A stretch of DNA of 64,000 nt from an uncultured Candidatus Saccharibacteria bacterium (GCA_948945085.1 CARBGY010000002.1:45065-109064), one strand, 5' to 3'. Shown: positions 9,364 through 20,188, numbered from the stretch's first letter. Made by a program: numbers and translations. The notes: a model not told the origin generated them from the sequence alone.

Positions 9364-12300
9364 TTATGAAGCATTATTGTGATTCCTCCCTCGATTATCA
9401 ATTCGTATATCAATATTTATCTCGCGAATGCGTTTTAATTCTTTGCGTTCGTCTTTAGTTAATTTTCTGGCGCCAGTACCATCATCGAAGTAATATTGAC
9501 CATCTTGAAGACCAAGCGCAGCAACGGCTGGATCTATGTTTGTTGCGGTAGAATCGTATTTCTTAAATTCCTGAGGAATATCAATTTCGCGTTGAATCGC
9601 TTTTTCACCTGGCGACATCGGCGTAAACTGACCAAATTGAGCCTGGTAATCCACCATTGAGGTTCCTGGGTTTGCTGCCATCCAATCAGTGGCTCGTCGA
9701 TTATAATCTGCCTCTAAGACTTTGTTCATAAGAGCAGCATCCTCGTCCTTGATGCTACTGGCTATACGTTCGTCACTGAAAGCTTGTCGAATACTATTTG
9801 CATAGCCAGCGAGTGCTTTGGCTCCATTAGTACCATTGAAATCTCCATTTGCAACACCCGACAAAATACTGTTGTATAAGTTCTCCCCAGCTTTTGCGGC
9901 GCCAGCGGCGGACATCTTATCAGCGCCTCGTTGTAAGATCGCAGATCTACCGGCAAACGTACCCTTTGCAAGATCTTGTGCCAAAGTTCCACCGACCGGG
10001 CTGTTGCCCTTAACCATACTTAACTTCTTGTCGTCATTAGTAATGTAGTTGGCAGCCATTTGTGTTGCAGCAGTGGCACCATGAGCTGTAGCATAATTCA
10101 TAAGCGCATTCTCCCATTCCCCTTGCCCTTTCGGACCTTTTGAAAGAAGGAGATCTTGTAGAGCGCGGACATTTGCCATATTGTTAGGATCATTCGGATC
10201 ACTATCGTATGCGCTTAGAGCATTCATAAGTTCCGTACCCATACCCGAGAGATCGTTGGTGTCAAAATTATTGCGATAATAGTTGGCAGCATTTTCGGCT
10301 TGTTGATCTTCGAGCCGGCGCTGTTCGGTAGCTATATAGTTTTCTAACTCAGCCGAACCTGGCCGCATAAGGGATGCCCTACTTTGCATATCGGCAGCGA
10401 CATTCTCTTTTTGCATTTTATTATAGGCTTCTGAAAAACGCGCAGCGGATCGATTATTGGAATTTTGCAATCCTTCCGCCATACCGGTCAGACCGATTCT
10501 ATTGAGTCCACTAGCAAGACGGTTACGAATGCCACGACCATTCTTGAGGGCAGTCGCCTTACGTTCGTAGTCATGCATGGTAGCACGACGCTGAGCATCC
10601 TTCGCAATCTCGGTACCAGCGATTCCCCTTCCCGCCATACTGCCCAGTTTTTGACCAAAACCAGCTATCTTAGTGCCAACATTACCGGCAACTGCAAGCG
10701 ATCCACGAACGAGAGATGGGATCATGAAAAATGGTACAACTTGTAGCAATAAACCAACAAGCGCAAACGTAATACCATCATTACCAGTCAAAAGTAAGAA
10801 TGAGGCAAATTTTCCACCCCCCATTAAGACTCCGCATACAGGATAAACCATAAGCAAGCTACTAAACAGTTTTAGCCAACGATCATAATATTTTTTAAGA
10901 TTTGGTAGCGAGTAGCAAATAATAGCAAGTGGCGACAATATAACCAGTATATATACCCCAGCTTGACGTACAGCTAATACAATAAAGAAGAATATAGTAC
11001 TAAAAATTGAGCTAATTAAGACTAGTAAGAAAGGTATTAACCAAACGCCAACATTATTAGACATAAGACCAAATGTAAGGACAAATCCACCACCTGCGAG
11101 CAAAGTCATTGCTAATCCCTTAACTAAATCGCTAAACTCAAATTCACTCCGCCCGACTGCATGAGCCATCCCATCAAATAATTCATAAAGAGCGTTTCCT
11201 GTAATATTCGAAATGTCGACGGTTAATTGACAGATAATAAATGACATATTCACCAATACTGCCATAACAATAATTGTAGGCAACATCTTTTTAATGCTGT
11301 AATTTGTAAGACCGATTCCAGTAACTTGCGACAAGACGACTATCAGGATTAAGATAATAAAACCGATATTAGCCATGTCACGTATTTTTTTCCAGTTTTC
11401 GTGTATTTGGCTACCGGTTGCAAGTTTTTCGGCGGGAATGTCCAGCCACTGTTCGGCAATTGTTAGATATAGTTGATCGGCCGTATTTGCGGCGAAAGTT
11501 AGCACTGGGCATAGGATCCAGCCAAGAGATGCGGCTCCATCCGTACAACGATTTTCTGGAACAACATTTTCTTCCTCGCCAGATCCACTTGGAATCTCTG
11601 GGTCGGTACCCGGTATATAGCTATCGTCATCATCGAAGGGATTAATAGTGGAGTCATCAAGAATTTCAATTATCCTATTTAACGTTACTTTATTGTCAAC
11701 TCCAGTACGTGAATCATTTACAACATTAACTTTGGTACTTCCTGGGAATTCGTTCGGGTTAATCATGACTTCGCACCATTTTTCTCCGACTTTATGCCTA
11801 TGCTCGGTCGGAACTTCTTCTTTAGTGTCATAGCATCTATCATAATTGATTGCTAATCCTTTACCGAGATACTGATGGAAATAGGCGTCATATAAGTAGT
11901 ATAAGTCTGTGTCTGAGAACTTAAATTGATTCCAATAAGCATCATCAACAAATCCAGTCTGGTAATTGGTTAAGCGGCCAAGAAAAATACTAGCAGCGTT
12001 ATTAACCTGGGTTTTAGTGTTGCTACCACCCTCACCGCTATTCGTAACCTCGGTCTTTGTACCAGCATAACTTAGACCTTTAGATTGTCCTACTCCGTCT
12101 ATTACACTTGATAGTTCCGCATTGAAAGAATCAACTAGATCTTCCCAAGTGCCGCCCCAAAAATCGATAGGAATTGGCTGCTTTGTGATATGTGAAATAT
12201 CTTTTATGTCGTAACAGAAATGATCTGATGCGCACGGTCCTCCTGATCCCATGTACAGGATTACGTCACCAGGCTTTGGAGAGGCGCTGAGGCTGGCGTT

Positions 12301-12864
12301 TTCAGTAGTCACTACTCCATTATCACCTTCAAAGGTTACGCAGATTTTATCAGTTTCGTAATAAGTCGGAGTTGAGGAGCCTGATTCGACCTTACCGTAT
12401 TCGCCCCAAACACATCCTTCGTTCATGTTAGTTGTGGTTGCTTGGGAAATGAAACCTAAGTCGGCAAGTGTTGGATTAGCTTTATAAAGTGCAAGTAGAC
12501 CGTTAATGCCTGCAGCTCCATTGAAAACTTCTTTACAAGAAATTGTAGACCCAGTAACATTAGAATTAGTAAAACCTTCTGGAACTGAAACCATATCAAT
12601 ATCGGCCATCGTACTAAAGATTCCTGATACTTTGTAATCACCATTAGAGAAGGAGTTAGAATTTACCGTCTTACTAATAAATCCTCCGGAATAACAATCA
12701 CGCATAGCATTAACCATGAGTTTTTGCAAGAAGGTATCTGATAGAGCAATGTCTTCAGCAGATGCCGAAATTGACAAAAGAGTAGCAAAGACCACCGACA
12801 TAACTACACCTGTGGAAACAAAGAGGCGAAGTATGATTTTACGTTTTTGTTTATTGCGCGTCAT
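9364..12864 (-). CDS. Large membrane protein with a CPR-type VirB6/TrbL-like multi-TM core
   Basis: Signal peptide, large extracellular region, GWILCP, W..IRD.AN...SQ.TG.G..NY.IKK.LP, about 7 TM helices, long cytoplasmic tail. Confidence 0.6.
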   Translation of the reverse strand: MTRNKQKRKIILRLFVSTGVVMSVVFATLLSISASAEDIALSDTFLQKLMVNAMRDCYSGGFISKTVNSNSFSNGDYKVSGIFSTMADIDMVSVPEGFTNSNVTGSTISCKEVFNGAAGINGLLALYKANPTLADLGFISQATTTNMNEGCVWGEYGKVESGSSTPTYYETDKICVTFEGDNGVVTTENASLSASPKPGDVILYMGSGGPCASDHFCYDIKDISHITKQPIPIDFWGGTWEDLVDSFNAELSSVIDGVGQSKGLSYAGTKTEVTNSGEGGSNTKTQVNNAASIFLGRLTNYQTGFVDDAYWNQFKFSDTDLYYLYDAYFHQYLGKGLAINYDRCYDTKEEVPTEHRHKVGEKWCEVMINPNEFPGSTKVNVVNDSRTGVDNKVTLNRIIEILDDSTINPFDDDDSYIPGTDPEIPSGSGEEENVVPENRCTDGAASLGWILCPVLTFAANTADQLYLTIAEQWLDIPAEKLATGSQIHENWKKIRDMANIGFIILILIVVLSQVTGIGLTNYSIKKMLPTIIVMAVLVNMSFIICQLTVDISNITGNALYELFDGMAHAVGRSEFEFSDLVKGLAMTLLAGGGFVLTFGLMSNNVGVWLIPFLLVLISSIFSTIFFFIVLAVRQAGVYILVILSPLAIICYSLPNLKKYYDRWLKLFSSLLMVYPVCGVLMGGGKFASFLLLTGNDGITFALVGLLLQVVPFFMIPSLVRGSLAVAGNVGTKIAGFGQKLGSMAGRGIAGTEIAKDAQRRATMHDYERKATALKNGRGIRNRLASGLNRIGLTGMAEGLQNSNNRSAARFSEAYNKMQKENVAADMQSRASLMRPGSAELENYIATEQRRLEDQQAENAANYYRNNFDTNDLSGMGTELMNALSAYDSDPNDPNNMANVRALQDLLLSKGPKGQGEWENALMNYATAHGATAATQMAANYITNDDKKLSMVKGNSPVGGTLAQDLAKGTFAGRSAILQRGADKMSAAGAAKAGENLYNSILSGVANGDFNGTNGAKALAGYANSIRQAFSDERIASSIKDEDAALMNKVLEADYNRRATDWMAANPGTSMVDYQAQFGQFTPMSPGEKAIQREIDIPQEFKKYDSTATNIDPAVAALGLQDGQYYFDDGTGARKLTKDERKELKRIREINIDIRIDNRGRNHNNAS

Positions 12865-13908
12865 TTATTTCCCTCCATTCCCTAATGTTGACATAATTTT
12901 CTGTGTATCGGTTTTAAACTTGCTACGAATTGTTGGGAGTTGCTGCTGTAAAAAGAGATTAAGTTCGTCGCCTTTTTCCATTAAAGAAACTACTTGTGAA
13001 TTGCGGCGTCCTAGATTTACCACGCAAGAAAAAATAATATCGCTATCTTCATCAATGCAGTTATTGTTACTATAAAGTTCTACTAGATGGATAGTATTTT
13101 CGAGGACATCAGCAAGAGCATTGTTAAATTCATCAGTAGTTGAGCTGGGACTACTAACTATTGAAATGTAGCTAGGAATAATTTGAGTAGCGGCAGCACT
13201 GCCATCTTGTATGGTTTTCAATTGTAATGTTTGCACGATACTCTGCATATTTGCATAGATCGTAACTGAGCTTAATAATCGTCCATATTCTTCAACTGTG
13301 TCTTGAAGCGTCTTTCTTGACTCCCGATCAATATTTAATCGACCTTTTACGAATTTTTCGTGGAATTGGTTATAGTACTGCATAAGTTCGGTAATGTATT
13401 TATTTTGATCTATCTCGATGTCATTTAATTCAGTTAACTGAATTAGGAACCAACTTTCAGTGTCAGAGTAGCCCTCTTCTGGGCCATTATACATGTAATT
13501 ATAGTAGGTTTGAAAGCTTTCTGATATTTCTTCTTGGTTTGGTTTAGAAAAAAACACAAAGCCAAAAATAGCCAAAGCAACCAGTATTACCGAAACCAAT
13601 ACTACGATCATCCACTTCTTAGATTTCTTGGGTTTATTAAAAACTAGATCGCCGGTGGCGGTTGATTTGGTGGCGACAGGATGCGCGGCAATATAGGCAG
13701 CATCGGCTGAGTTGGTGGAGTGTAGGGGCTTTTTTGAAGAACTGGCGGAAGGCACTACACCGCCAAATCGTGGACCGATGACAGAATTAGAAGATTGGTC
13801 GAGGTTTGGTTCGGCGGGAGTTGGGGTATCGCCGGACGAAAAAATCGCTCGGCGAGGAGTGGAGTTATCTAGGCTCGAGTTCTCGTTCGGATTATCACGA
13901 CCATCCAT
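12865..13908 (-). CDS. Hypothetical single-pass membrane protein
   Basis: 347-aa ORF; disordered N-terminus, KKSKK followed by a TM helix; abuts the VirB6-like gene. Confidence 0.7.
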   Translation of the reverse strand: MDGRDNPNENSSLDNSTPRRAIFSSGDTPTPAEPNLDQSSNSVIGPRFGGVVPSASSSKKPLHSTNSADAAYIAAHPVATKSTATGDLVFNKPKKSKKWMIVVLVSVILVALAIFGFVFFSKPNQEEISESFQTYYNYMYNGPEEGYSDTESWFLIQLTELNDIEIDQNKYITELMQYYNQFHEKFVKGRLNIDRESRKTLQDTVEEYGRLLSSVTIYANMQSIVQTLQLKTIQDGSAAATQIIPSYISIVSSPSSTTDEFNNALADVLENTIHLVELYSNNNCIDEDSDIIFSCVVNLGRRNSQVVSLMEKGDELNLFLQQQLPTIRSKFKTDTQKIMSTLGNGGK

Positions 13909-13963
13909 GTTGTTTATTATAACACAAGCTTTTTGGATGGGTGAAAAATAGTTGTAAATTCAC

Positions 13964-14326
13964 TTACGTGAGAATTTTTACGGATCGTGCTAGGATCTTT
14001 CTTTGGAGGTCACTAAGCAATTTATCTTCAACACTACCGTGAACTTCACAATGATACTTATTATATCTAGGTAGGTATTTCACGACGGCCTTAATTTGTT
14101 TACATTGAGAGTATGTAAACGATACAATATGACCGACAAAACACCGTTGCATAGTATTTAAGATATCATTCACTTTTCTATTGCCTGCACGACTAACAGA
14201 GAGTCCTTTTGGGTCGTAAAAGGCTGCTGATGAAATACCACCATTTTCTTTCCAGAACATTGGTTGAATCTCTATTGGATAAACAGCACGATATAATTCT
14301 TCGTCAGGCTTAAAATTCTCGTCCAT
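13964..14326 (-). CDS. Small protein with ADP-ribosyltransferase-like motif order (candidate toxin)
   Basis: LYR...SSAAF.D..GLSV.R...H.EVHG; overlaps the upstream gene by 17 nt. Confidence 0.5.
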   Translation of the reverse strand: MDENFKPDEELYRAVYPIEIQPMFWKENGGISSAAFYDPKGLSVSRAGNRKVNDILNTMQRCFVGHIVSFTYSQCKQIKAVVKYLPRYNKYHCEVHGSVEDKLLSDLQRKILARSVKILT

Positions 14327-14822
14327 AAAATTTTTTTACTAGCTGATTTATGCTTTCTGTGCAAGATTTAATTGTGGCTTGACTTGGCTTGCCTTGTGCA
14401 TCTAACATAAAAACTTTAGATTCTTCAGTTAGATCAATATGAAACTCTAAGTACGAACCGTCCTCTAACTCATATTCAAGCTGTATTCTACCGTCAGCTA
14501 GGGGGAATATCTCAGGCTGAGCGTCGAGCGAAAGAACTAAGCTACGTATTTTATCAAGTAGAGTGTTATCAAAAGCTGCTGCGTTTTTGCCATCCCACCC
14601 ATCATTAAGCATCTTAATCTCATCGATTTTATTGAGGTTTCGTATAGTGGCATTATTGATTAGAATATTATTAATGCCTTGCTGATCGGGAACCTTTTCG
14701 ATGCTAACCGATTTACCGTCTAAACGATATTTAGAATGGTTATCGCTGTATGAAGCTGGCTTTACTAGTGGAGCGGCAGCAGTGACTACTATTAATATTG
14801 ATGGAATAACACCAGATATCAT
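14310..14822 (-). CDS. Hypothetical protein with GWDG motif (candidate antitoxin)
   Basis: L..I..L.DGWDG...PEIFP..DG.IQLEY; ATGA overlap with the upstream gene. Confidence 0.5.
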   Translation of the reverse strand: MISGVIPSILIVVTAAAPLVKPASYSDNHSKYRLDGKSVSIEKVPDQQGINNILINNATIRNLNKIDEIKMLNDGWDGKNAAAFDNTLLDKIRSLVLSLDAQPEIFPLADGRIQLEYELEDGSYLEFHIDLTEESKVFMLDAQGKPSQATIKSCTESINQLVKKFYGREF

Positions 14823-15235
14823 TTAATATTGATCTCCCGTTTAACGACTTCTATATCATAAGCTCCGGCTTCTTTATTATTAATAAACACTTTGGTGCTA
14901 TGTTCTCCAGGTTTCGTGAGAACAATATTTCTTAAGTCAAGATTAAATTGTAAACGTCCAGAGCTTTCTTGAACCTGTTGGTTGCTTAGCTGGATTTTTA
15001 ACTCTCCAGTATCGTATACCGGTACATTATCAGGATCAACAACGACCATTTTGACCGTATACTCCCCTGACCTGTCTAACCCGGAAATACCGCAAGAAAT
15101 TGCAAAAGAAAAATTACCTGGCAGACTGACTGGCGACAATACCTGCAAAGGGTTCACCAATTGATGACGAGGACCATCTGGTGTTAATTCAGTATTAATT
15201 GAATCGCAGTATACGAAAGTTGATATTTTAGCCAT
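14819..15235 (-). CDS. Beta-rich hypothetical protein (DUF6941-like)
   Basis: Start moved to ATG 15235 (AAGGAG upstream); MAKISTFVYCD...LVNPL...PGNFSF. Confidence 0.5.
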   Translation of the reverse strand: MAKISTFVYCDSINTELTPDGPRHQLVNPLQVLSPVSLPGNFSFAISCGISGLDRSGEYTVKMVVVDPDNVPVYDTGELKIQLSNQQVQESSGRLQFNLDLRNIVLTKPGEHSTKVFINNKEAGAYDIEVVKREINIK

Positions 15236-15700
15236 ATCTTGCTCCTTTTTGATATGCTGTTTATAGTATAATTTTAACAAATTTTTAGAGACATCACAAC
15301 TTCTTTCTGGCACTTTTTTATTCTGGTTATGATATTTAATGAAAGGCGGGCTAAGTAATGAAACTATGCCTTCGTATAGTTAATTTTAATTCGAGCGGTC
15401 AAACTAGTCTGAGATTAAACTGGAGCTTACGGATGCAAGATAAGAATTTAATCTGCAGACTAGAAAGTCTAGTCTAGAGGTCAAAGTCGTGGACTAGAGA
15501 CTAAGACTAAGTGCTCGGGGTTCGCCTAGCGGAGAATATCCGCATAGACGAACCTTTTTGTAATCGTGAACGAACAGTGAGTTTAACCGAGAGTATACTC
15601 TTAGAAACTGCCTGTGCGTGAACTTTTGCTAGAGCACTCCGCGAGTGAAGTGGTGTGGAGTGAGAAAATCTCAGATACACATTCCTCGCGGAGCTTAGTC

Positions 15701-17140
15701 TTAGCGACGTAGCTGACGGCGGCTAGCAATGTAGTAGCCAGCAGCAGTTACGATTGCGCCAGTAGCGACAACGCCACCAACGATTGCTTCTGGACCAGTA
15801 GTTGGTAATTCATTTGGAAGGTTTGGATCTTCCGTACCTGGGTCGACAGGTGTACTAGGATCTTCTGGGTCGACTGGACAGCCCTCGATCTTATCAAGAT
15901 TTACGCGAGCGTAGTCTTGCAACATAATCTTTTCCCCATTAATAGTAACATAGCCCTGACCCCAGTTAACGAGCGTATTGGAACCACAAGCAAGACTGTT
16001 GTCTACAACCTTCGCTCTAAGATATATGATAGCGTTGGAGTTTGGTGCATAGTGTCCGATATTGATACCCTCAGTAGCAATTGTATCATCTTCGTTTGTA
16101 CACCAGTTTTTACAGTCACCATTATTCTTAAGTTTAGTAGTACCAGGAATATACTCTAGGTTGTCTGGAAGAACATCACGAATGCCTACGTTAGTGTGAT
16201 TGTAGTCACTCTTATTGATATATTCAATACGGAACTCTACAATATCGCCAATTTTAGCATCAACAGAAGCTTTCCAGGTTTGATCTTCGGCGCCGACAAC
16301 GCGAACCTTCTTCGAAACAGTAAATTCGCGATCGAACACTGGTTTAACTTCAATAGCTACGAAGTTATCATATTGATAACAGCCAGGAACTTGACCGTTA
16401 GGTTGGCCATCGGCACCAAGTTTGTAACCGATTTTTACACCCTGAATACTAGCTGCCTCAACGATATCGTCGCTAAGTTTGAAACCAATGACTTGTTTTT
16501 TACCATCGGCTGTAGTGACGGTGTTGTAATCGGCCTGATTCTCAAGGAGAGCAGAGCCTTTTACATACTCAAGATGAAAGCTTTCACCAGTAGCACTTTC
16601 AAAAATGACATTATCCATGTATGGATAACCATTAACGGAAGCACTATCAGAGTAGATGTAACCATTAACGGCAACTTCGCGAGCAGATGCTGATGGAATA
16701 TTGAAGCTTACGCGAGTGTTCTCGGCGATAGCTTGCTCACCATTTGGGTTGTTATTGTGGACGTAAAGTCGAACAATATAGCTCTTACCTTCCTCAACCT
16801 TAATGCGATCACCATTCCAAACGTTATTTGCACCGGCGTTGATACCAGTATTCTCACGAGCACCAACGAAGTTAGATTCGTTAGTAATTGTACCAGTGGG
16901 GATATCTTTACCATAAGTAGTTTTATGCCATGCATAGTCACTTGCTTGAATTTGAATGGAGTTAAAGGCAATTTTATTACCTAGAACACCCTCATTAATC
17001 TGCTGCAGAGAGTACATTGGCCAGTTACGGCCCGTGTTTGCATCTGCCGCAGAGACTTGTGCCACAGGGGCGATAACCCCACTAGCTACAGCAGCAACCG
17101 CTGCGGTAGTAGCAAGGGCAGATTTGAAAATATTTTTCAT
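15701..17140 (-). CDS. Secreted surface protein with DUF11-like repeat and LPxTG-type anchor
   Basis: Start moved to ATG 17140 (AAGGAG); signal peptide; GDIVEFRIEY..N...DVLP..LEYIPGTT; C-terminal LPTTG + TM + RRQLRR. Confidence 0.8.
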   Translation of the reverse strand: MKNIFKSALATTAAVAAVASGVIAPVAQVSAADANTGRNWPMYSLQQINEGVLGNKIAFNSIQIQASDYAWHKTTYGKDIPTGTITNESNFVGARENTGINAGANNVWNGDRIKVEEGKSYIVRLYVHNNNPNGEQAIAENTRVSFNIPSASAREVAVNGYIYSDSASVNGYPYMDNVIFESATGESFHLEYVKGSALLENQADYNTVTTADGKKQVIGFKLSDDIVEAASIQGVKIGYKLGADGQPNGQVPGCYQYDNFVAIEVKPVFDREFTVSKKVRVVGAEDQTWKASVDAKIGDIVEFRIEYINKSDYNHTNVGIRDVLPDNLEYIPGTTKLKNNGDCKNWCTNEDDTIATEGINIGHYAPNSNAIIYLRAKVVDNSLACGSNTLVNWGQGYVTINGEKIMLQDYARVNLDKIEGCPVDPEDPSTPVDPGTEDPNLPNELPTTGPEAIVGGVVATGAIVTAAGYYIASRRQLRR

Positions 17141-17275
17141 ATAAATCTCCTTTAGTTTATAGATAAAAAAATTAATAGTTAACAAAATTAAATTTAATAT
17201 TCGAAATAATTACTATCTGGTCCATATTGTTAATTCCATACAATCGAATCGTCTCAGACACAAAGAAACTTGGGA

Positions 17276-17302
17276 TATCGGGGGCTTCTAAAGCCCCCGA
17301 TA
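17276..17302. terminator. Terminator-like hairpin
   Basis: TATCGGGGGCTT-CTA-AAGCCCCCGATA, 12-bp perfect stem. Confidence 0.55.
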
Positions 17303-17364
17303 AAAGTGCGTCCCACCGGCGGATCCGGTAGAAATAAATTTATTATTTATATATAGGTCTTACG

Positions 17365-19893
17365 TTAATCTGATACCATGCCGCTCGAAGTGCCTCCACT
17401 TGAGCCACCGTTGTCACCAGCTCCACCATTCGAGCTTTCTGTATTATTGCCGCCACTGCTGGAAGCTCCTGACGAGCTACTGCCAGTGCTAGAACTAGCC
17501 GCTGGAGCAGAGCTACTGCCTGCACTATTTGAACTTGAGGTACCCTGGCTACTTGCGCTAGCTGTGTTGGATTGTGTATCGGAAGATGCCTTACCGGAAG
17601 ACAGTGTCGATGATGACTCCGTAGAACCTGCCGAACTCTGTTGTGAGGTACCAGCGGAAGCAGTTGCTGCACTTTGCTGAGACGAACTACCGTCATCGTC
17701 AGAAGCCATGCCCGAGCTCATAGAGCCCGAGCCAGTATTCACACTGCTCTGTATCGTAGTGATGGTCCCATCACCATTGTTAACTGTCTGCGAAGTATTA
17801 TAGTGACTATTACCACTGCTGTTTTCCCCCGCCGATGTTGCAGGAGTGCCGCCACTTACATTTATTGACGGGGTCTGACCAGTTTCTTCAGTCTTCTGTG
17901 CGGTGTCAGCCGTTAGCTGACCTCCTACTTCATGATCCTGACCACCAGTTCCAGACGAATCGCCTTTGCCCTGGTCGGCCCAAGCTTGTTGCTCCTCCTC
18001 CAGTTGCTGATCACGCTTGTCTTCCGTTACTGTGTAGTCTTCATTTTTAGCAACCTCATTCGGTATATTAACCGTCTGACCAGCGCCGTCCTTGTTGCCT
18101 TCAATATTCTCGCCAGGTACTTTTGTATCCTGAACGACACCAGGTCCACCAGTACTAACTGTCGGCGTCTTCCCTCCTTCGTCATCAGGCTTAGGTGTAG
18201 GATTTTCAGGCTCTGGATTGGGGTTTTGGTCTGGTTTCGGATTGGGCTTTGGATTGGGCTTCCACTTGCTGCCGCTACCACCGCCGGAGCTTTTCTGGCG
18301 ATCTTTTGGCGCGGTGTAATAAATCGTGTACAGCAAGTCGTGATCTTCAACTGTTACATTGATAGCCGTAAGACTTACTGTGCATCCAGGATAGATCGGA
18401 GCAGTATAGCTAAAATTACTGCCCGTAACCAAACCATTGACGTAATAATCGCCGAAAGGAATGGCCGGATATCCTGGTCCAGGACGACCATCTGCCCAAC
18501 GATGCTGTACACGGGCTGAATAAGTTTTCGTGGCCGGTGCAGGCGTGGTTGGCGTGGTCGTTTTGCTGGTCTTGCCGGAAGTAAAGAAGGCGATGCTCAT
18601 ATCCTCTACACCAATACCGTAGGAGAATATGGTTTTACCATCTCTAACTACATTGTACATAATGTAGTTACGTGCCTCCACGCCATCTTTCTTGACAGCT
18701 CGGAGGAAATTCTCCGGCAGCTTTTTCGTCTTCTCTAGTTCTTCTTCAGATCCTGAAGAAGACGGCAGCAACGGGTTAGTCGCATTCTCCTTCTCGTTAT
18801 CACTATATTCAAGTGTCCAATAGTAGGACGGTTTTCTGGTGACAATCTTGCCGTTAGTTTCCTGATCCAGCGTTAATAACTGCTGAACGAAGACTTTGAG
18901 CTTCAGGGCGTTCTTACTCGGTACAATATGTTCCATATCCTGTAAAGCGTCGCCTGTAGGCTCGTAACCGTCCTCCCATTCGGCAAGCCGAGGGAGGCCA
19001 ACTGCCTGGTCCTCTGACACTTCCGCCTCGGGATCATAGATGTCTTCCAAGAATTCCTCAAAGGCTTTTATAGCCTCCTCATTATTCTTTCTGAAGACCT
19101 CGTGTTCGGTCAGAGCATCAAATGCCATGACCGTGAATAAGATGTTCTCCAGGTTTTCCTGAGTTCTCATTTCATTCACCCGTTCAATCCGTTCTTCGTC
19201 AGTCAGAGTTTCTTCAAACGCCTCTCGCCAAGCGTTCTGTTTTTCCAGAAGCTCGGTTCGCCTTTTCAAGGACTCTGAAGTCCCTAAATAGTCGAAGCTG
19301 ATGATTTTTCGCTCCGCGATTTGATCCGATAGACTCTGGTAATACTCACCATTGAGCCAATCATGGTCGGCATAGATCGGGAACCCAAAGGGGTCCTGAT
19401 ATCCCGACAAATCAAACCGAATTGGCAATCTCGTTGTAAACGAGGTGTTTGCCCATGCTGGCTTACGGTCACCAAAAGCCTCTTTGTACAGCGTCTCGAA
19501 ATCGACACCAGTAGTGTCGAAAGTCATGGACACCTTCGAAAGCGCGTTTAGATCAGCTTCCTCTGCGGCAGGTTCAGTTCCTTCTGGTTCCGCCGCTTGC
19601 GGAGCGGGTTCGGCAGTACTCGGTAAGAATCCGGACGATTCCGAATCCTCGACGGTGACGCCACCACCACTTGCACAACCAACCAATGCCACAAGTAAAC
19701 TCATGACAAGGCCGGCTACTAATGCTCGGTTGAAGAAGAGTCGACGCTTATATGCTGACGACCTTCTAACCATTTTGATGCTGCGATTTCTACGCCGCTC
19801 GATGGCAGCTCCTACGATCAGAGCAGAGCCCATGATCAGTGCTATTGCGACAAATATCCAGGTCCACCCTGGAATTCTAGCAAGGTTTAACAT
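17365..19893 (-). CDS. Large hypothetical membrane-anchored protein with Pro-rich linker and Ser/Gly low-complexity C-terminus
   Basis: 842-aa ORF, AGGAGG upstream, two N-terminal hydrophobic segments (second ends LVGC), KPNP repeats. Confidence 0.75.
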   Translation of the reverse strand: MLNLARIPGWTWIFVAIALIMGSALIVGAAIERRRNRSIKMVRRSSAYKRRLFFNRALVAGLVMSLLVALVGCASGGGVTVEDSESSGFLPSTAEPAPQAAEPEGTEPAAEEADLNALSKVSMTFDTTGVDFETLYKEAFGDRKPAWANTSFTTRLPIRFDLSGYQDPFGFPIYADHDWLNGEYYQSLSDQIAERKIISFDYLGTSESLKRRTELLEKQNAWREAFEETLTDEERIERVNEMRTQENLENILFTVMAFDALTEHEVFRKNNEEAIKAFEEFLEDIYDPEAEVSEDQAVGLPRLAEWEDGYEPTGDALQDMEHIVPSKNALKLKVFVQQLLTLDQETNGKIVTRKPSYYWTLEYSDNEKENATNPLLPSSSGSEEELEKTKKLPENFLRAVKKDGVEARNYIMYNVVRDGKTIFSYGIGVEDMSIAFFTSGKTSKTTTPTTPAPATKTYSARVQHRWADGRPGPGYPAIPFGDYYVNGLVTGSNFSYTAPIYPGCTVSLTAINVTVEDHDLLYTIYYTAPKDRQKSSGGGSGSKWKPNPKPNPKPDQNPNPEPENPTPKPDDEGGKTPTVSTGGPGVVQDTKVPGENIEGNKDGAGQTVNIPNEVAKNEDYTVTEDKRDQQLEEEQQAWADQGKGDSSGTGGQDHEVGGQLTADTAQKTEETGQTPSINVSGGTPATSAGENSSGNSHYNTSQTVNNGDGTITTIQSSVNTGSGSMSSGMASDDDGSSSQQSAATASAGTSQQSSAGSTESSSTLSSGKASSDTQSNTASASSQGTSSSNSAGSSSAPAASSSTGSSSSGASSSGGNNTESSNGGAGDNGGSSGGTSSGMVSD

Positions 19894-20188
19894 TTTATTT
19901 TCCCTCCTGTTTTGCTATTTTTCTATCTATATTAAACGCATCCGAATAGCTATAAGTAAAAGCTTAAGCTACGTTGGTTGCGGAATGAAAAGAAGATACA
20001 GCGACAAGAGGAACCAGCCCTGTCGCTATAAATTGATATTGACAGTGCCAGCGGGGACAAATCCCCGAAATAAATTGACCTATATATTTAACAGATACAT
20101 AAACATAATCGTTTTGTATCTGGGATGATTCGATTGTTAGTGGACCTCAATGAAAACTGCTTTGACTCAGCTCTCACTGACTAGGTCC

